From sequence record SRR2962707_3097: 36,605 nt of DNA; one strand, written 5' to 3'. Within the stretch, counting starts at the first letter, position 1, and every line of letters starts with the position of its first letter. Shown one piece after another: positions 10,561-19,233 of this stretch. The position numbers and the translations under genes are program-made. Under the pieces are notes generated by a model, which did no database searches, was not told where the DNA came from, and worked only from the letters and a program-made list of their open reading frames with translations.

Positions 10561-12087
10561 CTACTTAACGTCAGTATCTGAGAAATCAGTAACCACAAAG
10601 AGAGTGTCGCTCTGACGGGTAATGGCAAGTTGCATGTCTCTGCCGATCGGCAAATTATCCAACACCAGGTCTTTGGCTAACGTAAAGGTCATGGTCATTT
10701 TTGGCCAGCCCCATTCGACGATCGCCTCGTGATTCACATTGATGCTTCTAGTGGTGGCATCGATCCGATTGATGCGTGCCGACACCCAGACGGTATCCTT
10801 GTGTGCGGTGTCTTTAGTGCTGTTAAGAGGTGTTTTTTTGGTTTTTTGAGCGCGCTCATTTTGACTGCTCATACGTCTGAAGTCGGAGCTTTTACTGGAT
10901 TCTGAGTCCAACAGAAATTGTGCTGAAGTGACCACTTTATCTCCCGCCAGCAGCCCGTCTTGAATTGCTACGAAATCATCACCCAATGCGCCGACGGTGA
11001 CGGCCAATGACTTATATTGGCCATCCCCTAATGCGAGCACGACTCTGTTTTGTTCTCCGGTGCGAATCAATGCCTCTTTTGGAATCAATAAAGCAGGTTG
11101 TTTGCGGCGTGTTTTAATCTGTACATGGGCGAACATATTTGGCTTCAACAAGCGATCTGGGTTTGCCAAACGCACGCGAACCCGTAAGGTACGCTCTTTT
11201 TCCGTTAACTCTGGGTAAATAAAATCCACCTTGCTGTTAAAGGTTTTTCCCGGCAAGGCAGCAAGGGTCGCGTTAACCTCTTGCCCAATCTCTACTTGAT
11301 GAGCTTGGCGTTCAAAGACATCGACATTGAGCCAAACCTCACTCAGATTGACAATCGACATCAAGGTTGTACCAGGCTTTATATAAAAACCCTCTTGAAC
11401 ACCTAAGCGCTCTATTACCCCGCTTTGTGGCGCATAGAAGCGCACCGTTTGAGACACTTTTCGTGTTGACCTGAGTTCATCAATCAACACCTGCGAGACG
11501 TTCAATGCGCTTAGGCGCGCTGCGCCAGCTGAGATCATCGATTGGTCTTGTCGCTTCAATGCAAAGACAAATTCTTTCTGAGCGTTGACTAAGGCGGGCG
11601 AATACAAATCGAATAAAGGCTGACCTTTTTCAACAAAGTCGCCGTCTGATTTTACAAAGCTTTTTTCTACCCAACCTTCAACACGTGAATGCACATGAAC
11701 CAGGCTGTCATCGTTATAAGCCAAGTAGCCCACGGTTCGAATAGCATTTTCTAAGTATCCGGTGAACGCAGCAGCACTTCGTACCCCCAGATTATTAACC
11801 ACATCAGGGGAAATACGAATGGTTCCAACCCCTGCTTCTTCCTGCTTTGGTGTGCCATAAAAAGGCACCAAATCCATGCCCATAGGAGATTTTCCTGGCT
11901 TGTCACGTCGATAGTTCGCATCCATAGGAGCTACCCAATAAAGAGGTTTCGCCGGCAACGTTGGTGTGCTGGAGGCGCTGTCTGTTGCTGTCGATTCAGA
12001 CGAGTCTGTGTGCTGGGCAAAAAAGTACCCTGTTGTAAAAAAGGCCCCAGCAAGAACAAAAAAACCGATTGTTTTGAGCATTTTCAT
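10561..12087 (-). CDS. cusB: CusB-type membrane fusion protein with N-terminal metal-binding motif and C-terminal CusF-like domain
   Basis: YWVAPMD...PGKSPMGMDLVP, an MFP core (LLKPNMFA, SAQFLLDSES) and C-terminal HEAIVEWGWPKMTMTF. Confidence 0.92.
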   Translation of the reverse strand: MKMLKTIGFFVLAGAFFTTGYFFAQHTDSSESTATDSASSTPTLPAKPLYWVAPMDANYRRDKPGKSPMGMDLVPFYGTPKQEEAGVGTIRISPDVVNNLGVRSAAAFTGYLENAIRTVGYLAYNDDSLVHVHSRVEGWVEKSFVKSDGDFVEKGQPLFDLYSPALVNAQKEFVFALKRQDQSMISAGAARLSALNVSQVLIDELRSTRKVSQTVRFYAPQSGVIERLGVQEGFYIKPGTTLMSIVNLSEVWLNVDVFERQAHQVEIGQEVNATLAALPGKTFNSKVDFIYPELTEKERTLRVRVRLANPDRLLKPNMFAHVQIKTRRKQPALLIPKEALIRTGEQNRVVLALGDGQYKSLAVTVGALGDDFVAIQDGLLAGDKVVTSAQFLLDSESSKSSDFRRMSSQNERAQKTKKTPLNSTKDTAHKDTVWVSARINRIDATTRSINVNHEAIVEWGWPKMTMTFTLAKDLVLDNLPIGRDMQLAITRQSDTLFVVTDFSDTDVK

Positions 12088-13469
12088 TTGGCGATTACCT
12101 CTTCTTTCGTCGTCAACACATACGCTAATTGGGACAAACGTTTAGCACGCTCAACCTCGATATTTAACCGTTCTACATGGGCATTCAGTGTGTCTATACG
12201 AGCCTGTAGAACCTCGCTAAAACGCCCGTCATTATTGGTGTAGGCGTGCAACATAGATTGAGCACTGGCTTGGTAGCTAGGAATAAGTTGGTGCTGATAA
12301 AGGCTTATTTGTTGATCTAATAACCTAATGTCAGAAGTTAAAGAGCGATATTTAGCGAGTAAGTCGTTTAATACCAAGGCTTTTTCAGAGACCAATGAGG
12401 CAACCTCAAGCGACGCCGCTTTTACTTGAGCATCCTGTCGACGGGTTGAAAAGATGGGCATGCTGACGCTCACCGCAACGGACGCCAGATCAGAGCGCGC
12501 CTTGCCATTCAGGTCATCGCTTCGATAGCCATAACCCAGCGTCACCCCCCATTCAGGTTTGTATTTTTGCTCCGCGATCGATTTTTCTATTTTTGCGGTG
12601 CTTGATTGCACATCCACAAGTCGAACCAAAGGATGCTGGCTCAGGCGAGCGGCCAATTGATCCAATGAAGACGCATTAAGGGACTGAACAACAAGATGAG
12701 AGTTTGCCCACAAAGAGGCTAAAGGAAGCTTGTCTGTCGCAAGCTGTATACTTTCTGGAACAAGTGACGGGTCGAGATATTGAGTCAACTTGGTCAGCGC
12801 ATTTTGTTTGGCCTGATTGAGCTTCGTTAAACGCAAATCCAGGTTATGTATCGCTAATGTCGCACGCACCAGATCTTGCTGTTTTTCCTGCCCATATGCG
12901 CTGCGATAACGCCCTTCTACTTCTTCGTTAAGCTGCTCAAACAAGCGTTTGTTGTGCTGAACAAGCGCAATACTCTGTTCAAATTTATAAGCCGTTAACC
13001 ACAAATCAGAAACGGTCATGGTGATGATGGCTTGACGGTTCTCCCGTAGTAAGGGCATTTGGTCGCCTTGTGCTGCGTATTTTTCACCAATGAGCGACAA
13101 GGTATCGCCAGCAGGAAATACTTGAGACACAGAGAGATTAACTTGCGTCATGGCTTCTTGGTGAAAATCGCCGGTGTCGGTGGGCAAGTTTGATAAGCCA
13201 AGGCTGATTTTAGGATCAGGCAATGCTGTCATACCACCACTTAAGGAGCGTATAGCCGCTTCTTTAGCCTGATTTGCCGTTAACCACTCATCCTGTGAGA
13301 CCGCCTTACTGATTACGGTTTGGAGGCTCAAGGTTTCGGCATCGACGACAAACGAAGTCATTGATAAAGCCAAAACACAAACACTGCGATTGAATGTCTT
13401 AGTAAATACATGGGGGCGCTCGGCGTCTTGAAACGGACGCAAGAATGCCAAAAATAGATTGTTAACCAT
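12084..13469 (-). CDS. TolC-family outer-membrane efflux protein (CusC-like)
   Basis: Motifs LPDPKISLGLSNLP, SQVFPAG and KYKPEWGVTLGYGYR. Overlaps the cusB start by 4 nt. Confidence 0.88.
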   Translation of the reverse strand: MVNNLFLAFLRPFQDAERPHVFTKTFNRSVCVLALSMTSFVVDAETLSLQTVISKAVSQDEWLTANQAKEAAIRSLSGGMTALPDPKISLGLSNLPTDTGDFHQEAMTQVNLSVSQVFPAGDTLSLIGEKYAAQGDQMPLLRENRQAIITMTVSDLWLTAYKFEQSIALVQHNKRLFEQLNEEVEGRYRSAYGQEKQQDLVRATLAIHNLDLRLTKLNQAKQNALTKLTQYLDPSLVPESIQLATDKLPLASLWANSHLVVQSLNASSLDQLAARLSQHPLVRLVDVQSSTAKIEKSIAEQKYKPEWGVTLGYGYRSDDLNGKARSDLASVAVSVSMPIFSTRRQDAQVKAASLEVASLVSEKALVLNDLLAKYRSLTSDIRLLDQQISLYQHQLIPSYQASAQSMLHAYTNNDGRFSEVLQARIDTLNAHVERLNIEVERAKRLSQLAYVLTTKEEVIAK

Positions 13470-13538
13470 GGATTTTGATTCTCTTTAATAAATTCATGAA
13501 CGCTCATTGCCCATAAGGCAAAGAGCAAAAAATCGAAT

Positions 13539-13997
13539 TTAAGAAAGCGCTATAGGAGGGAAATAAGGGGTATTAGGGTAAGTGGAGCGATAAGAATTCG
13601 CGGCTAAAACGGGCTGAATAGAAGAGAATACAACAGACGGGGCGTCATAACTGGCCAGCAAACCGGAAAAGCTACTGCAATGGTTGTCCATACAATCTTG
13701 ATGATCATGATGTGTCGACATGCCATTGCAATCCTGAGAAACACAATGCATGTCAGTCATAGTGACAGCATGAGACAAGCGACTATCCTGAGACCGGAGT
13801 GAATCATGAGGCATAGAACCCTCATCGGATAAAATAGGGTCTGTCGTGTCCATTGCCATGCTGCTTGATGAAGAAGCACCAAGCATGCTGTTCGTCGTTA
13901 TGGTGCTAAAGAATAGCGACAGCGCAAACAGACACAAGCACACAAAACTGTACTTCTTCGCAGTCGCATTGACGTTATCTAATACACATTTCGACAT
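13539..13997 (-). CDS. His/Met/Cys-rich protein leading the cus operon (CopL/DUF2946-like)
   Basis: N-terminal hydrophobic segment, then MTDMHCVSQDCNGMSTHHDHQDCMDNHC and C-terminal PYFPPIA. Co-oriented, 69 nt upstream of cusC. Confidence 0.7.
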   Translation of the reverse strand: MSKCVLDNVNATAKKYSFVCLCLFALSLFFSTITTNSMLGASSSSSMAMDTTDPILSDEGSMPHDSLRSQDSRLSHAVTMTDMHCVSQDCNGMSTHHDHQDCMDNHCSSFSGLLASYDAPSVVFSSIQPVLAANSYRSTYPNTPYFPPIALS

Positions 13998-14016
13998 TAA
14001 AAATGGCTCTTATTTC

Positions 14017-14040
14017 AGTTGCATCACACTTTATGCAACT
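14017..14040. promoter_or_regulatory. Inverted repeat upstream of the cus leader gene
   Basis: AGTTGCAT-N8-ATGCAACT, perfect 8-bp arms, about 20 nt upstream of the start at 13997. Confidence 0.4.
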
Positions 14041-14088
14041 CTATAGACGATTGCAACCAAATGACATCATTAGATGCATTGCCCACAA

Positions 14089-14130
14089 GCCAACCGGTGC
14101 CAAGCTAAATAGCGCTTGTAACCGGTTAGC
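14089..14130 (-). terminator. Hairpin after the MFS gene
   Basis: GCTAACCGGT..CAAGC pairs with GCTTG..ACCGGTTGGC on the minus strand; the U-tail is weak. Confidence 0.5.
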
Positions 14131-14146
14131 ACGCTGTAATCGCTTA

Positions 14147-15313
14147 TTATGCTGTCTGGGTCGAACCCTGAGCAAGTTTTCGACTTATCATCAGCAACAG
14201 CATGGCTGATACGGACAAAATCGCCGCCGTACTTGGAATCCAAGCGTAACTGAAACCAAGCGTAATCACAGCACCACCAAGTACAGCACCCAAAGCGTTG
14301 CCCAGGTTAAAGGCGCCAATATTAATAGACGATGCCAACCCAGGTGCCTGGTCAGCAATTTTCATGACGTTCATTTGTAATGCCGAGCCGCTACCGAAAA
14401 TAGCCACACTCCAGAAAAAGACCATGATTCCTGCGGTGATTATATTGCTGGCGACCAAGCTAAACAAACACGCCATGATGATTTGTGCGGCAAAGGTAAT
14501 AAACAAAGCGCGATCAGGCGATTTATCCGCCAATTTGCCGCCGATATAATTACCACAAGTAAAACCAACCCCAGCCAGAGAAAGCATAATGGCAATGGCG
14601 CTTTCAGATGCGTCTGCCAGTGTATGCAAGATAGGCGCAATGTAGGTGTACAAGGTAAACATAGAGCCCGCGCACAACACCGTTGTGCCAAATGCGCGCA
14701 ACGCCGCTGGCTGCATAATAGACTGAAGCTCTTTGCGTACATCTGGCTTTTCAGTTGCGGCCATCGAGGGAAGGTTTCGTGCTAGCCCTAACATCGCAAC
14801 CACACCCAATACCGCGGTCACGGCAAACGCAACTCGCCATTCAATATTCTGACCCAACCAAGTGGTGATAGGCACGCCGATAATATTCGCAATGGTCAAA
14901 CCCAACAACATAGAAGCAACGGCGGAACCTTGTTTGTTCTTGGGCGCTAAATTCATCGCCACCATAGCGCCAATACCAAAAAATGCACCGTGCGCCAAGC
15001 TGGTCACCACTCGAGCAAACATCAATATTTCATAGTTGGTTGCCAATGCCGCCAACGTATTGCCAACCACAAAAGTGCCCATCAAGCCGATAAGAGCGCT
15101 CTTTCGGCTAAAACGCGCTAGGTACAAAGTAACAATTGGCGCGCCAAACATAACACCAATGGCATAAGCACTGATCAATAACCCAGCGGTTGGGATGGAA
15201 ACATGAACGCCATCGGCAATGACGGGCAATAACCCCATAGGCATAAATTCTGTTGTACCAATGCCAAACGCGCCCAGCGCGATGGCAAAGATTCCCCATT
15301 GATAAGCTTGCAT
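14147..15313 (-). CDS. MFS efflux transporter, DHA1/YdhP-AraJ-like
   Basis: Motifs GTTEFMPMGLLP, AHGAFFG, GLTIANIIGVP and NIGAFNLGNALG; about 12 TM segments. Confidence 0.92.
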   Translation of the reverse strand: MQAYQWGIFAIALGAFGIGTTEFMPMGLLPVIADGVHVSIPTAGLLISAYAIGVMFGAPIVTLYLARFSRKSALIGLMGTFVVGNTLAALATNYEILMFARVVTSLAHGAFFGIGAMVAMNLAPKNKQGSAVASMLLGLTIANIIGVPITTWLGQNIEWRVAFAVTAVLGVVAMLGLARNLPSMAATEKPDVRKELQSIMQPAALRAFGTTVLCAGSMFTLYTYIAPILHTLADASESAIAIMLSLAGVGFTCGNYIGGKLADKSPDRALFITFAAQIIMACLFSLVASNIITAGIMVFFWSVAIFGSGSALQMNVMKIADQAPGLASSINIGAFNLGNALGAVLGGAVITLGFSYAWIPSTAAILSVSAMLLLMISRKLAQGSTQTA

Positions 15314-15345
15314 AGATTGTAAAATTTCCCTGTTAAAAGACTGGC

Positions 15346-15377
15346 AATAAAAAAGGAAACCACGGTGTGGCTTCCTT
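15346..15377 (-). terminator. Intrinsic terminator-like hairpin about 35 nt upstream of the MFS start
   Basis: Minus strand reads AAGGAAGCCAC-acc-GTGGTTTCCTT-TTTTATT. Confidence 0.7.
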
Positions 15378-15382
15378 ATCGT

Positions 15383-15412
15383 TATATCGATGTATTTCGA
15401 TATATAGTATCA
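15383..15412 (-). promoter_or_regulatory. Extended -10 promoter with overlapping palindromic operator
   Basis: TG-A-TACTAT (15412-15404, minus) abuts the perfect repeat TATATCGA-N6-TCGATATA (15383-15404). Confidence 0.65.
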
Positions 15413-15461
15413 GCAAAATCGGAAAACGTTCAGCCTCTTCACTGTTAAAAACAGTATATCA

Positions 15462-15812
15462 TTATTTTTTCCCTTGTATTGGCCGTGGTGCCTTGCCACA
15501 ACAATGGGGAATATGATTGAGATTGTCCCGTATATTTTGCTCGACCTGCTTCGCCAGATGCAATCGCCAACGATAGAAAATACCACGATTAAGTGACATG
15601 TTTGCCTTTTGAAGCCCCGACACTATGTCCGTTAATGAAATCAACAGCGCATCATAATGAACTAAAATACGCTGTTTCTTCCATTCTATCTGGAGAAACT
15701 CAATGCCCTCACGATGACGCCAGCGCTGAAAGAAATCGCCAGCAGTCGACTGAGTCATGCCGACCACCCGCAGAGTCACTTTAGCAACACAAGCCGAACG
15801 CGCATACGCCAT
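15462..15812 (-). CDS. HMA-like small protein lacking the canonical CxxC, with C-terminal HCC motif
   Basis: Ferredoxin-like pattern (LRVVGM ... GI ... ILVHYD ... DIVSGLQKA) and C-terminal HIPHCCGKAP. RBS GAGG; last gene of the copA unit. Confidence 0.75.
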   Translation of the reverse strand: MAYARSACVAKVTLRVVGMTQSTAGDFFQRWRHREGIEFLQIEWKKQRILVHYDALLISLTDIVSGLQKANMSLNRGIFYRWRLHLAKQVEQNIRDNLNHIPHCCGKAPRPIQGKK

Positions 15813-15822
15813 ATCATCCTCA

Positions 15823-15906
15823 CTATTTTTTCTTACTTGGTGCCCAAAACCACCAAGCGATTAACGCGATTAATAACACACCTAAAATATTCACTAATAC
15901 ACTCAT
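15823..15906 (-). CDS. 27-aa single-TM peptide MSVLVNILGVLLIALIAWWFWAPSKKK
   Basis: ATG at 15906 with RBS GGAGAGG at the copA stop, TAG at 15823. Fills the gap between copA and the next gene. TM helix, aromatic belt and basic tail. Confidence 0.75.
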   Translation of the reverse strand: MSVLVNILGVLLIALIAWWFWAPSKKK

Positions 15907-15914
15907 AGCCTCTC

Positions 15915-18764
15915 CTATCTATCTTGATTGCTGGTGTCAGTAAGTCGAGACGCAAAACGGCGTAGACGATTGGCGTTCGCCACCACAGTAATAGAGGACA
16001 AAGACATCGCCGCGCCAGCTACGATTGGACTTAGCAACCACCCAGTAAATGGGAATAACACCCCGGCGGCCAAAGGAATACCTAAGCTGTTATAAGCAAA
16101 CGCACCCCAAAGGTTTTGTTTAATGTTGCCTAAGGTCGCCTGACTCACCTCGATAACTTGCGCCACGCTTGTCAGATCACTGCGAATTAACGTAATGTCG
16201 GCACTTTCCATCGCGACATCTGTGCCCGCGCCCATGGCAAAGCCAACGTCCGCTTGTGCCAAGGCAGGCGCATCGTTAATACCATCGCCTATCATGCCAA
16301 CCACTTCGCCTTTCGCTTGCAATGTGCGCACCCAATCGAGTTTGTCATTGGGCATCAGCTCTGCATGGAACTCATCAATGTTCAGTTTATTGGCCACCAA
16401 TGCGGCACTGTTTTTATTGTCTCCAGTCAGCATGATGACTTTTAGTCCCGCCTTCTGGAGCGTTTTAATGCCGCTTTCTGAGCTGGCTTTTATCGGGTCT
16501 TCAATACAGAAAACCGCCAACGCTTGACGACGATTCGCAAGGTAGACTTGTGTACTCGCTGCGTATTTTTCGTCTACCTTGGCCAGAGTAGAAAGATCAA
16601 TGTTTTGCTCTTTCATTAACGCTTCGTTACCCAGAAAATACGTCTCTCCTTGAATTTCAGCTTGTAAACCACGACCCACGATGGACTCAAACTGAGACGT
16701 TTCATAGGTGTCTTGACTGGTTGCTTCAGCGTGGTCTATCAAGGCGTTGGCCAATGGATGATTAGCCCCTTTTTCCAGCGAAGACACTAACGTCGCGAGA
16801 TGTGTTTCATCCTCGCCTGAAGCAAGCACTTGATGCACTACCTTAGGTTTGCCTTCTGTAATGGTGCCGGTTTTATCCAGCACTATCGTGGTCAATTCAC
16901 TGGCTCTTTGTAAAGACTCGCCATTGCGAATCAAACCACCATATTCAGCGGCTTTACCAACGCCAATCATGGTAGAAATGGGGGTGGCTAGCCCTAATGC
17001 ACAAGGGCACGCAATGATCAGCACAGACACAGCCGCAACCATCATGTGAACCATGACCGGAGCAGGACCCAGATTAAACCAAGCCAAGGCCGCAAGCGTA
17101 GCCAATATCATGACGCTGGGAACAAACACCGATGACACTTGGTCGGCCAGACGACTAATTGGCGGTTTTGAATTTTGTGCCGTTCCAACCATGTCAATAA
17201 TTTGCGCCAGCAAGGTGTCAGACCCTATGCCTGTAGCACGATAGGTTAACGAGCCTTTACCATTGATTGTTCCTGCCGATACTTTGTCTCCTGGGTGTTT
17301 CTCGATGGGCACAGGTTCGCCAGTTAACATGGATTCATCCACACTTGATTGACCGTCACTCACTACCCCATCCACAGGGAATTTTTCGCCAGAGCGAACG
17401 CGAACCACATCGTCCATCTGAATCTGTTCAACGGCTAAGGATATTTCTGCCCCTTCGCGTACGACCATGGCAAATTTTGGGCGAAGGTCCAATAAACGGC
17501 GTAACGCAGCGCTGGTTTTACCACGTGCTCGCACTTCAAGCGCTTGGCCTAAATTGATTAAGCCAAGAATCATCACACTGGCTTCAAAATACAAATGACG
17601 CGCGTTTTCAGGAAACACACTGGGGGAAATAATGATCGCCATAGAATACAACCACGCGCTAATGGTACCTATCGTGATAAGGGTATCCATATTCGATTGA
17701 CGAGATTTAAAAGCCCGCCATGCGCTACGGTAGTAATGTTTACCTGACACCGACATGACCAATAAGGTCAGCACGCCAACGAGGCCCCAGGCTAATCGTT
17801 GCCCTCCGGTTTCGACCATCATGTTGCCACCCAGCAAACCGTACAGCATCAAGGGCACCCCCACGAGAAGCCCTAGCACCGCATAATTTCGTTTGTCATG
17901 AAATTCTTTTCGTTCATTTTGCTGGCGATCTTCATCCGCTTTATCCGCATCTTCAATCAGAGACGCGCCATAGCCTGAAGACTCCACCGCTTTGATCAAG
18001 GTCTCTGCGTCTGTCAAAGACGACACTTGCGCGGTACGACTGGCAAAATTCACTTCGGCTTTTTCAACACCGGAAACACGATCCAATGCTTTTTGAATGG
18101 TATTCACACAGCCTGCACAGGTAATACCAGTCAAAGAAAATTGATATTTATGAGCGCGCTCACTGTCTGCTGTTTGATCTTTTGTAGGGCGGTCTTTTTC
18201 CGCTGCGGGCGGTATTGGGCTGCTGTCTGGCTCCGCGGCAGATTCTAATGATTGAGCCACCTCGATGTAATCCCCAAAATACTCATAGCCGGCATCGATA
18301 ATGGCATCGCCAATGCGTTGCTGAGAAAGCGCCGTAGTCACCTCAAGACGATTCGCTTTAGGCTGCCCGTCTACTTGGGCCTCTGCGTCTAATGACTGAA
18401 TGCTTTGGCGTATTTTAGCGACACATTTCTGACACGACATACCCTCAACCGCCAGTTGATAATGGGCTGGCTGTGAGGGCTCTTTTTGCGTCTCGACAAC
18501 GTCTGCCGGCGTCTCGAAATCCCCTAATGTCTGGTAACCTGCGTCCCTAATGCTGGCTTCTACTTGCTCTTTTGCCAATACAGTTTGCACTTCAAGACGA
18601 TTGTCTGCTGGCGTGCCAAGCACTTGAGCATTGGCATCGTGGTGTTGAATTTTCTGTCTAACTTTCGAGACGCAGCCTTGGCAAGACATGCCGCCTACGG
18701 CCAAATCTAAGGTCTGAACACGCGTCTCATTGGCGGGTGCTATTTGTTCATTAATATCTGACAT
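15915..18764 (-). CDS. copA: Cu(I)-translocating P1B-type ATPase with three N-terminal HMA domains
   Basis: HMA motifs CQGC, CQKC and CAGC. TGEP, CPC, DKTGT, HP and GDGINDAP present. YN and MSLSS are P1B-1 signatures. Confidence 0.96.
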   Translation of the reverse strand: MSDINEQIAPANETRVQTLDLAVGGMSCQGCVSKVRQKIQHHDANAQVLGTPADNRLEVQTVLAKEQVEASIRDAGYQTLGDFETPADVVETQKEPSQPAHYQLAVEGMSCQKCVAKIRQSIQSLDAEAQVDGQPKANRLEVTTALSQQRIGDAIIDAGYEYFGDYIEVAQSLESAAEPDSSPIPPAAEKDRPTKDQTADSERAHKYQFSLTGITCAGCVNTIQKALDRVSGVEKAEVNFASRTAQVSSLTDAETLIKAVESSGYGASLIEDADKADEDRQQNERKEFHDKRNYAVLGLLVGVPLMLYGLLGGNMMVETGGQRLAWGLVGVLTLLVMSVSGKHYYRSAWRAFKSRQSNMDTLITIGTISAWLYSMAIIISPSVFPENARHLYFEASVMILGLINLGQALEVRARGKTSAALRRLLDLRPKFAMVVREGAEISLAVEQIQMDDVVRVRSGEKFPVDGVVSDGQSSVDESMLTGEPVPIEKHPGDKVSAGTINGKGSLTYRATGIGSDTLLAQIIDMVGTAQNSKPPISRLADQVSSVFVPSVMILATLAALAWFNLGPAPVMVHMMVAAVSVLIIACPCALGLATPISTMIGVGKAAEYGGLIRNGESLQRASELTTIVLDKTGTITEGKPKVVHQVLASGEDETHLATLVSSLEKGANHPLANALIDHAEATSQDTYETSQFESIVGRGLQAEIQGETYFLGNEALMKEQNIDLSTLAKVDEKYAASTQVYLANRRQALAVFCIEDPIKASSESGIKTLQKAGLKVIMLTGDNKNSAALVANKLNIDEFHAELMPNDKLDWVRTLQAKGEVVGMIGDGINDAPALAQADVGFAMGAGTDVAMESADITLIRSDLTSVAQVIEVSQATLGNIKQNLWGAFAYNSLGIPLAAGVLFPFTGWLLSPIVAGAAMSLSSITVVANANRLRRFASRLTDTSNQDR

Positions 18765-18786
18765 ACTGTCTCCTTAATGATCGCTA

Positions 18787-19203
18787 TCATGATTTTTTGC
18801 TGTCTTCCCACTCTTCTATCAAGCAACAAATAGAATGGCCATCTGGGGTACCGTTTGGCATGCTTTCCCAATGTTCTAAGGCCGCTTCCATGGTGGCTAA
18901 ATGCGCTTGTAACTGTGCAATCTTTGCCTTGGTTTCAGGGACTTTCTTTTCCAATAAGTCTCTCACCATAGGACAAGGAGAATCGCCACTATCAGCCTGA
19001 TCAAGAATCTCTTCTATTTGCTTTAAACTAAACCCTAAGGTACGAGACTGCTGAATAAACTGCATACGAGTAAACGCCGTATTATCATAAATTTGATAAC
19101 CATTATTCGGGTCTCGTTGTGCATGAATCAGCCCTAAGCGTGTGTAATGGCGAACTGTTTCACTCGTTACATTGGCTTTTTTCGCAAGATCAATAACGCG
19201 CAT
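18787..19203 (-). CDS. MerR-family metal-responsive regulator
   Basis: N-terminal wHTH (LAKKANVTSETVRHY...NGYQIY), then GFSLKQI, SPCP and C-terminal GHSICCLIE. Confidence 0.92.
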   Translation of the reverse strand: MRVIDLAKKANVTSETVRHYTRLGLIHAQRDPNNGYQIYDNTAFTRMQFIQQSRTLGFSLKQIEEILDQADSGDSPCPMVRDLLEKKVPETKAKIAQLQAHLATMEAALEHWESMPNGTPDGHSICCLIEEWEDSKKS

Positions 19204-19233
19204 AAGAACCTCTTTGCTTAATCTAATAGGGTC

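Noticed and set aside
15714-15908. 64-aa plus-strand ORF spanning the gap downstream of copA
   Set aside because: It is antisense to the operon. The minus-strand 27-aa ORF with its RBS explains the gap better.
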